Positions 16,542-23,096 of a stretch of DNA of 35,295 nt are shown piece after piece (position 1 is the stretch's first letter; the number at the start of each line of letters is the position of its first letter). This DNA comes from a virus (Duplodnaviria; Caudoviricetes), in IMG/VR virus record IMGVR_UViG_3300025534_000022, positions 1-35,295 of that record. One strand, given 5' to 3'. Under the pieces are notes generated by a model. It was not told where the DNA came from, did no database searches, and was given only the letters and a program-made list of their open reading frames with translations. The position numbers and the translations under genes were made by a program.

Positions 16542-18013
16542 GCAGACTCACCAGCACCGGGTTGCTGGCCGGGCGGCACCTGTCCGTCATACCCATCCGC
16601 AAACCGCTGTGTTTCTTCTTCTCGCTGCTTCCGGATCCGAGCCAGTTCCTCTTGCACGTCCGTGACCCACGGATGCTGCGCGACGAGCGTCTCGTCGGAG
16701 AGGATGCCAACGCTGTTGCGGATGTTCGTGATCGCGTCGTTTTCGTTGATCAGGATATCACGGTTGAAGATGAATTCGACTTCTTCACGGGAAAAGTCCC
16801 CTTCTCCGGTATTCGCCAGGTGCTGATTCACGAACCAAAGCAGTTGCTCAAAGCTTGCCTGGAACTCGGTTTCGATGATGTTTGCGTCCATGTCGAGATC
16901 CGCGTACAGGAATTTCAATGCGATGCCCGACTTGTCGCCGCCGAACCGCTCGGACTGCGTATCCACCCCGCGGCCGAATTCATAAATGTCCTTGCGGAGC
17001 CGGTCCAGGTGCTTTTCGACCGCTTCGGTGTCGATGTCGATGCTGAGCGTATCGACCCCGCCGCCTTGGTCGCCCATAACCTTCACGGCCCGATACGTGG
17101 ACATGTTCCGCCGGAACTCGCCCAGATCCTGCCCGTCGTAGTTTCTGATCACGTAAATGCTGTTGGGCAAATCCTCCAGGTTGTTGGCGTGATCGGATGT
17201 CTTGTTATCGTAATCGTCGACCAGCGACTTGATAACCCGAATAAGCGGCAGTTCCTCGTCGTTGTATTTGAAACAGATAAATGGGACCTTTTCCCAGTTC
17301 ATTCCCTGCTCCTGGTCGCCCTGCACAACGACAAAATGGCTGCCAACATCGCCCGCCTCCACGTCGGGGACCAGGCCGCCGGAGTCGAGCACATACCGGC
17401 GCACGCCGGACGTGTCCCAGAACTCCACTTTCGTGACGATCTTCCGGTTCGTCCCCTCATAGACTTCGACCTCGTACACCCGAATGACCGCATCCAGTTT
17501 CGTGTGATCCGCGTCGCGCCACAGGGGAATGACTTCCTCACTCGGGATTTTCTTGAACGACAGTCGGCCCTCTTCGTCGTAATAGACATGCAACCAGGCC
17601 CTTCCCTTGTTCACGGCTTCCTTCCCGAGGTTCTTCAGCAGCCGCAAAAAAGACCTGTCGAAAATTTCGTTCAACAGGTCCAGATACTGTTCGTTTTCGG
17701 TCTGGATGCTGAGCGGTTTTCCGAGCAGGTAGCCGATTTTCTGGTCGACGAGTTTGCGGACAAACGCGTGGACCAGCTTGTTGTTGGCCAGGTTCTGCAC
17801 CTCGACCAATTCGCCGTTCTCGCCGATCGCCGTGCGCTTCCGCTGCAGGATGTCATGATCGCCGACATAATACCGCTGACCGGTGAGCATCCATCTGCGC
17901 TCATCGGATCGAAGCCAGATGTCAACTTCGTTTTTGATGATCTGATCCAGTGTCATGGCTGCTCGAGCACCGGACTCAATGATGTCAATGATTCGCTGCG
18001 TTTCAGTGGGCAT
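16538..18013 (-). CDS. SPP1 gp6-like portal protein
   Basis: LVDQKIGYLLGKP, VPFICFKYN, LVDDYD, SGIALKF and HPWVTD motifs. Confidence 0.95.
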   Translation of the reverse strand: MPTETQRIIDIIESGARAAMTLDQIIKNEVDIWLRSDERRWMLTGQRYYVGDHDILQRKRTAIGENGELVEVQNLANNKLVHAFVRKLVDQKIGYLLGKPLSIQTENEQYLDLLNEIFDRSFLRLLKNLGKEAVNKGRAWLHVYYDEEGRLSFKKIPSEEVIPLWRDADHTKLDAVIRVYEVEVYEGTNRKIVTKVEFWDTSGVRRYVLDSGGLVPDVEAGDVGSHFVVVQGDQEQGMNWEKVPFICFKYNDEELPLIRVIKSLVDDYDNKTSDHANNLEDLPNSIYVIRNYDGQDLGEFRRNMSTYRAVKVMGDQGGGVDTLSIDIDTEAVEKHLDRLRKDIYEFGRGVDTQSERFGGDKSGIALKFLYADLDMDANIIETEFQASFEQLLWFVNQHLANTGEGDFSREEVEFIFNRDILINENDAITNIRNSVGILSDETLVAQHPWVTDVQEELARIRKQREEETQRFADGYDGQVPPGQQPGAGESA

Positions 18014-18025
18014 GCCGTCACCTCC

Positions 18026-19333
18026 TCACTTAAACGAAATGGCCGCCGGCCGCATAACCACCGTGTTCACGAAATACCGGTCACCGTCCATCTGGTGGTC
18101 GTTTTGCTTAATCGGCCGTTCCTCCCCACGCTCCGCCGCCTTCTCGTCCCACACATAAGACGCAAATTCGCGGAACGTCTCTTTACAGCAATCGTTGTAC
18201 AGGATCCGGCCGGTATTCAACGCCGTGGCCATGTTGCGGATACCCTCCAGCACGTCATTGCGTGCCTGCCGGACCGCAAACCGGCCTTTTTTTCGAATCA
18301 GCGCGATGAACGACGCCGCCGACGGGTCGATAATGATCGCGCGCGGCTGAATGTCTCCGACGAATTCCTCCAGGTCCTGATAATACTCCTCGTCGGTCTT
18401 TTGCCGTCCCTTCTGCCGGCCATCGTAGTGATACTCCCGGATCTTGTACCAGGCGCTTTCAAACTCATGCGGGTTCGCCTTCGTGGGCGGCGGGACGAAT
18501 CCCCACAGCCCGAACGTCATCGGATTCTGTGTGCCGTAGTCGACGCTGACGTAATACTGCGAATACGGCCGGTCGACAGTCGGCCGGACATGCTTATCCG
18601 GGTCGAACATGTCGTAGATGATACCCTCAGCCAGCACCCACAGCCCGAGGATGTATCGGCGGTAAAACACGCCGCTGTACATCCGGCGATAACGCTCTTT
18701 GACGCGCTCGGACAGGCTTGGGTTGTCGTCCATTGTGAAATGCAAGTGCAGAGCGTTCTTCTGCTCCAGCTGGTCCAGCCATTCAAGTTTGAACCAGTGA
18801 TAAGGCCCCGCTGGGTTGCAATTAAACCACAGCTTGGAGCCGTCAACTGAGCAGCGCGCCGTCGCCTGATTCACAAACGACTGCGGCATGAGCGCGACCT
18901 CGTCGAAAAACATGCCGGCCAGCGTGATGCCCTGAATCAGGTCCTGTGATCGCTCGTCCTTGCCACCGAACAGGTAAAAGTGATTCGTGACGGCACCGCG
19001 GCTGATGACCAGCAAGTTATCCGCCCGGCGATCCTCCACGCGATACCCGCGGCTCGCCAGCATCTGCTTGAGCGGACCGATCACATTCCGGCGCAACGCC
19101 CCGATCGTCTTGCCAGCCATGCCGAACTGCTGGCCGTTAAATGTCGCCATTGCCCAGATAACGAACGAAAGCGACATCGAGGCCGTTTTCCCGGCACGTA
19201 CTGACCCGTCGCAGATAATCGCGTCCTTGTCCCGGTGCGGACTGTCCGGCATCCACCAGGTGAGCACCTGCAGCTGCTTCCGGCTGAACGGATGCCAGCG
19301 GAAAGAAGCGAGCCTAATCTTCGTCTTCGCCAT
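18026..19333 (-). CDS. Terminase large subunit (PBSX family)
   Basis: DGSVRAGKT Walker A, FFDE Walker B, NCNP coupling motif, VDYG...DPSA...DHQMD nuclease motifs. Confidence 0.95.
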   Translation of the reverse strand: MAKTKIRLASFRWHPFSRKQLQVLTWWMPDSPHRDKDAIICDGSVRAGKTASMSLSFVIWAMATFNGQQFGMAGKTIGALRRNVIGPLKQMLASRGYRVEDRRADNLLVISRGAVTNHFYLFGGKDERSQDLIQGITLAGMFFDEVALMPQSFVNQATARCSVDGSKLWFNCNPAGPYHWFKLEWLDQLEQKNALHLHFTMDDNPSLSERVKERYRRMYSGVFYRRYILGLWVLAEGIIYDMFDPDKHVRPTVDRPYSQYYVSVDYGTQNPMTFGLWGFVPPPTKANPHEFESAWYKIREYHYDGRQKGRQKTDEEYYQDLEEFVGDIQPRAIIIDPSAASFIALIRKKGRFAVRQARNDVLEGIRNMATALNTGRILYNDCCKETFREFASYVWDEKAAERGEERPIKQNDHQMDGDRYFVNTVVMRPAAISFK

Positions 19334-19901
19334 CGTCGCTCCAAACCTCCGCCGCCTTGCCTTCGAGCGCTTCCAGGAAGCCGTCGTCAACCGGTTCGTC
19401 AGTTTTTCCGTTCGCCGTCTCAATCTTGTGCTTGAGCTCGAGCAACTTGGCTTTCTTTTCCTGGACGCGCGTCAGCGCCTCTTCGATCGCCTGGATCTGC
19501 CCGAGCGTGCCCTCCGATTCCTGCAGGTTCGTCCGTTTTCCCTTTTCGATGCCGACCGTATGCCTCACGACCGTGAAATCTCCAGCCGCACGCAACCGCT
19601 CAATCCGCTGCAGCATGCGGCGTTCTCGGATGGTGATGAGGCGCAGCTCCTCGTCGATCTGTTTCAGGACGTCCGTGTCGACGACATGAAAAAGGACACG
19701 TTCCTCGGGATCGAGGGCGTCCATCCAGATGGTTTCGTATTCACCGGTTTTGACGGCATTTTTGTTCCCTTTAGGTGCCCCGGTGGACTTTCCGCCGTGC
19801 ATCCGGCAGCGGCCGTTCGCCATCGCACGGTTCCGGCACGGCAGCCCGCTGCGTGTTTTGGCGCCGCAGTAGTTTGCATGAGGTTGTTTTTCCGCTGCCA
19901 C
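19314..19901 (-). CDS. Terminase small subunit with HGGxSTG domain
   Basis: CGAKTRSGLPC...CRMHGGKSTG and APKGNKNAVKTG motifs; overlaps terL. Confidence 0.88.
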   Translation of the reverse strand: MAAEKQPHANYCGAKTRSGLPCRNRAMANGRCRMHGGKSTGAPKGNKNAVKTGEYETIWMDALDPEERVLFHVVDTDVLKQIDEELRLITIRERRMLQRIERLRAAGDFTVVRHTVGIEKGKRTNLQESEGTLGQIQAIEEALTRVQEKKAKLLELKHKIETANGKTDEPVDDGFLEALEGKAAEVWSDDGEDED

Positions 19902-19923
19902 TACACGACCACCACCTCACCAA

Positions 19924-19952
19924 TTGACCGTTGTGTTAATTTCTGGTATTAT
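19924..19952 (+). promoter_or_regulatory. SigA-type promoter antisense to the late leader
   Basis: TTGACC-N17-TATTAT with an extended -10 TG. Confidence 0.65.
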
Positions 19953-19959
19953 CTCATTG

Positions 19960-19990
19960 ACCGCTCGGGAAGCGCCCGGCGGTTTTTCTT
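19960..19990 (+). terminator. Intrinsic terminator immediately after the antisense promoter
   Basis: ACCGC-U-CGGG/CCCG-GCGGU stem followed by UUUUCUU. Confidence 0.65.
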
Positions 19991-20077
19991 CTTCCAGAAC
20001 ACCGAACAACCGCCCCGCACCTATCCGGACTCGGCGGAGGAGGTGAGGGCCGCAACTCACCCGTGAGGCGGCGGACG

Positions 20078-20109
20078 AAAAAGAGCCCTGGCCATTTGGC
20101 CGAGGCTCT
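20078..20109 (-). terminator. Second intrinsic terminator in the late leader
   Basis: AGAGCCUCGGCC-AAAU-GGCCAGGGCUCU followed by a U tract. Confidence 0.75.
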
Positions 20110-20257
20110 GAAATCATCATGCGTTCGGGACGCAGCCATGGGCCATGCTCCCATGGACGGCAGCCATCGTCCAGCCCAAGCCTGTTTGCGCTGCCTCGGC
20201 CGGCCTCATTAAGGGCGTGCTTACGCGTCTCTCTTCCGCCACTGTTTCCCTAAATGC

Positions 20258-20283
20258 AAAAAGCGCCCCCTGAAAAAGGGCGC
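20258..20283 (-). terminator. First intrinsic terminator downstream of the Xpf-like gene
   Basis: GCGCCC...GGGCGC stem followed by UUUUU. Confidence 0.7.
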
Positions 20284-20297
20284 ACGAAGGGTACTGT

Positions 20298-20343
20298 ATT
20301 TTATACGTCATCTGCACGTCATACGCACGTCATTTGCACGTCA
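20298..20343 (-). promoter_or_regulatory. Putative late promoter: four TGACGT boxes at 11-bp period followed by TAAAAT
   Basis: TGACGT-GCAAA-TGACGT-GCGTA-TGACGT-GCAGA-TGACGT-ATAAAAT; no consensus -35 at normal spacing. Confidence 0.65.
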
Positions 20344-20765
20344 AGAACCTTCTTTCTGGCTCTTTCGACGTACTGCTGGACGGTGCGCCTTGACAATCCC
20401 AATCTATCACCAATTTCTGCAAAAGTCAACCCATGCGCCATATGCAAGAGCCAACACGTCAGCTCGCGCTCGGTCATCACCGCCACGCAGTCCAGCAATT
20501 TCCGCCGCTCCTCGTCCGTCATCGGCTCGGCGCTCGCCAGCAGCTCCCGACGCCGATAGATGTCGTGTCTCTCCACTCCTCTCCGGCTCCCCGGGCGCCG
20601 GCCGCGCCGCATCCAGTCTAAAGCATAGCGCATGTCACCCAACATGTCAGATACCGTCTTCGCTTCGTCAGCAGCGTATGGGTCCGAGGTGTCCAATGAT
20701 CGGCGATATTGGTCAAGATACTTGATGCCAGCGGTATACTGTTGGATCAGATCAGAGATGTTCAT
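20319..20765 (-). CDS. xpf: PBSX Xpf-like positive late regulator (sigma region 4-like HTH)
   Basis: DMRYALDWMRRGRRPGSRRGVER resembles the conserved Xpf block as I recall it; C-terminal TERE...TFAEIGDRLGLSRRTVQQYVERA HTH; last gene before terS. Confidence 0.8.
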   Translation of the reverse strand: MNISDLIQQYTAGIKYLDQYRRSLDTSDPYAADEAKTVSDMLGDMRYALDWMRRGRRPGSRRGVERHDIYRRRELLASAEPMTDEERRKLLDCVAVMTERELTCWLLHMAHGLTFAEIGDRLGLSRRTVQQYVERARKKVLDVQMTCV

Positions 20766-21007
20766 CGGGAACCAGCTCCCCGCTGCATCAATTTCTCCGC
20801 CGCTTTCTTAACCTCTCGTGCATTGAAAAACGCATACACCGTTCCGTCTGGGAATTCGTTCACGATTTCACCCTTCGGCCCTCCAGGCCATAATCTTTTT
20901 GTTCCGGATTTTGTCCACCTTCCGCGAATCCGAAATCCGACTTCGGCATTTTCGCCTTGCAGATTTATCTGCTCATCGCAATGTCGAATGATTTCTGCTA
21001 GCGTCAT
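20762..21007 (-). CDS. Hypothetical protein (81 aa)
   Basis: GGAGGAG RBS; ATGA overlap with the xpf-like gene. Confidence 0.7.
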   Translation of the reverse strand: MTLAEIIRHCDEQINLQGENAEVGFRIRGRWTKSGTKRLWPGGPKGEIVNEFPDGTVYAFFNAREVKKAAEKLMQRGAGSR

Positions 21008-21152
21008 TCCGTCTCGCTCCTCCCTTGTACTGATCCGGCGATTGCCAAATATATACCTGCCCGCCGATCGAGATCACGGTCGGGACGCCGTTTTTGACCT
21101 TGATAGGCATTACGACAGCTCGAAATGGTTGTCCAACTCTTCGCTCTTTCAT
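20973..21152 (-). CDS. Hypothetical protein (59 aa; not in the ORF track)
   Basis: ATGA overlap with the SNF2 stop codon; MKERRVGQPFRAVVMPIKVKNGVPTVISIGGQVY... Confidence 0.6.
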   Translation of the reverse strand: MKERRVGQPFRAVVMPIKVKNGVPTVISIGGQVYIWQSPDQYKGGARRNDASRNHSTLR

Positions 21153-22528
21153 GCCGATTTCACCCTTTCGATCCTCGCTTTCACGGCCTGCATCAGCTCT
21201 TCCTGCCCTGTCGCCTTCCGTTCAATCGCTTCAACCGCTTCTTCATCCATCGTCCCTTCGGCCACCAGTCGCATAACTACAATTCCGCGGGTTTGCCCTT
21301 GTCGATAGACCCTGGCATTTGCCTGCTGATATTCTTCCAGACTCCAGATTTGGTCAAACCACAGAACCGTCTGGCAGCTCGACTCCTGCAAATTAAGTCC
21401 GTGTCCAGCGCTTTTAGGGTGCAACAGAAGAAGCGAGATCTCGTCGTTATTCCAAGCACGTATGTCTTCGTTGCCGCCTTTTCCTTTCCGCAGCATCCGG
21501 GCTTGCGGGAACCGCCGGCAGATTCGGTCGAGACTATGTTGGTAATTGTAGAACACCATAATCGGTTTCCCTTGCGCCGCCTCTATGATGTCCTCCAGTG
21601 CATCCAGCTTGGCGTCGTGAATATATTTGACGCCGCGCACCTCGTCGTAAACGGCGCCGGACGCCATCTGCAGCAATTTGTTTGAGAGTACCGCTGCCGT
21701 ATTCGCCACAACATCCGCATCGGCAAACGGCAATAGCAAATCTCGCTCCAGCTTCTTATACAGCGCCCGCGCCTCATTCGATAACCGGACCGGGACAGTT
21801 CGTTCCACCAACGGCGGCAGTTCAAGCCAGTCTTCCGCTTTCATGCTGACCACAATATCCGAAATGGCCTCATAGATTCGCTGCTCAGCCTCTTTTTTCT
21901 CGCGCCATTTGTAAACGATGTGGCCGCTGCGCTCGCCCGGGATAAAATACCGATCCCGATACCCTGTAATCGTTTTGCCCAGACGCTCGCCCATATCTAG
22001 CAGGTAGATCTGCGGCCACAAGTCAATCAATCCGTTTGGCGCTGGTGTCCCGGTCAAACCCACAACTCGCCGGATCATCGGCCGAACACGGCGAAGCGCC
22101 CGGAATCGCTTGGACTGGTGGTTTTTGAAACTGCTTAACTCGTCGATGACAACCATATCAAACGGCCATTTGCTGCCGAATTCACCAACCAACCACTCAA
22201 CGTTTTCCCGATTAATAATCCAAATGTCGGCATCTGCTTTCAGCGCCCGTCGGCGCTGCACCACACTCCCCAATACCTTCGAGACCCGCAAATGTCGTAA
22301 ATGGTCCCATTTCTCGACTTCCCGCGTCCAAGTATCATCTGCCACTCGAAGCGGGGCGATGACCAAAACACGGCTGACATCGAAATAGTCATGCAGCAAC
22401 AGATCGATGGCGGTCAGCGTGGATACCGTCTTACCCAGGCCCATCTCAAGAAATAGCCCAATGTAAGGTGTATCAATGATTCGCTGCGTTGCATACTCCT
22501 GATATTTGTGAGGTTTGTATCTCACCAA
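21149..22528 (-). CDS. SNF2-like (SF2) phage helicase
   Basis: EMGLGKT, IDELS, LTGTP, SAGHGLNLQ and QANARVYRQGQ motifs. Confidence 0.93.
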   Translation of the reverse strand: MVRYKPHKYQEYATQRIIDTPYIGLFLEMGLGKTVSTLTAIDLLLHDYFDVSRVLVIAPLRVADDTWTREVEKWDHLRHLRVSKVLGSVVQRRRALKADADIWIINRENVEWLVGEFGSKWPFDMVVIDELSSFKNHQSKRFRALRRVRPMIRRVVGLTGTPAPNGLIDLWPQIYLLDMGERLGKTITGYRDRYFIPGERSGHIVYKWREKKEAEQRIYEAISDIVVSMKAEDWLELPPLVERTVPVRLSNEARALYKKLERDLLLPFADADVVANTAAVLSNKLLQMASGAVYDEVRGVKYIHDAKLDALEDIIEAAQGKPIMVFYNYQHSLDRICRRFPQARMLRKGKGGNEDIRAWNNDEISLLLLHPKSAGHGLNLQESSCQTVLWFDQIWSLEEYQQANARVYRQGQTRGIVVMRLVAEGTMDEEAVEAIERKATGQEELMQAVKARIERVKSA

Positions 22529-22803
22529 CCTCTCACCTCGTCAATGAATCGATCTATGTCCTCGTCCGAGTCAATTTTGTAAACCTCATGCCCCAACTTT
22601 CGTAACGTCCGCACCCATTTCTCCTGCAACGGGTCCAGCGGCTTTCCTGGAGCCTTCATCTCGACGAACACCGTCCGGCCACCAGGCAGAAGGATAATCC
22701 GGTCCGGCACTCCTCGATTCCCAGGGCTCACCCATTTCGGCGCTCGGCCGCCGATCCGCTTGACCTCCCGGACCAGGCGACGCTCAAGCGTTGATTCTCG
22801 CAT
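22522..22803 (-). CDS. VRR-NUC domain nuclease
   Basis: MRESTLE, GVPDRI, FVEMKAPG and PLQ motifs. Confidence 0.92.
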   Translation of the reverse strand: MRESTLERRLVREVKRIGGRAPKWVSPGNRGVPDRIILLPGGRTVFVEMKAPGKPLDPLQEKWVRTLRKLGHEVYKIDSDEDIDRFIDEVRGW

Positions 22804-22824
22804 GTTGCTGCCTCCTTCCAACGG

Positions 22825-23096
22825 ATGGACAGTGAGACATCGCGCGCGCGCGTACTCTTTAAATTGCCATTTAACCTACTTTTGCATTAGTGCAACACTA
22901 GGTTATTTGGTCTTTTTTTTTTTATAAGAAAAATTACTGTCCCAACTGCCCCAATCATGGTTAAACTATTGATATTGTTGACTTTCTGGCGGGTCAGGTA
23001 TCCGATTTTTTACTGTCCTCACACTGTCCCGATTGACCCGGAATGTGGGACAGTTGGGACAGAGGAAAAAACCGTTCTGACCCTAGCCTACTGACC
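22825..23096. repeat. Putative replication origin: CTGTCCC/CTGACCC iteron-like repeats, T11 tract and (CG)6 run
   Basis: CTGTCCCAACTGCCCCA (22937-22953) is inverted to TGGGACAGTTGGGACAG (23046-23062) at 16/17; further copies near 23012-23030 and 23077-23097; non-coding and directly after the primase gene. Confidence 0.6.

Noticed and set aside
16562-18850. 762-aa + strand ORF and many other long + strand ORFs (e.g. 11935-13215, 15513-16826, 31544-32575)
   Set aside because: Antisense shadows of GC-rich minus-strand genes that have clear phage motifs; no RBS or domain signatures
20110-20125. UGAUGA resembling a hammerhead ribozyme core
   Set aside because: Preceded by A rather than C, and no correctly placed GAAA or stem II
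20224-20250. tRNA-like D-arm fragment on the minus strand (GUGGCGGAAGAGAGACGC)
   Set aside because: No T-arm (GUUCRA) and no complementary acceptor strand nearby; at most a remnant, not called as tRNA
19917-20317. Three 66-67 aa minus-strand ORFs in the late leader
   Set aside because: No good RBS, they cross terminator hairpins, and the sequence is better explained as structured RNA
20305-20343. Periodic repeat considered as a CRISPR-like array; DUF2800 considered as a cas gene
   Set aside because: 6-bp units with 5-bp spacers are far too short for CRISPR; DUF2800 is a standard phage replication-module nuclease and no other cas genes are present
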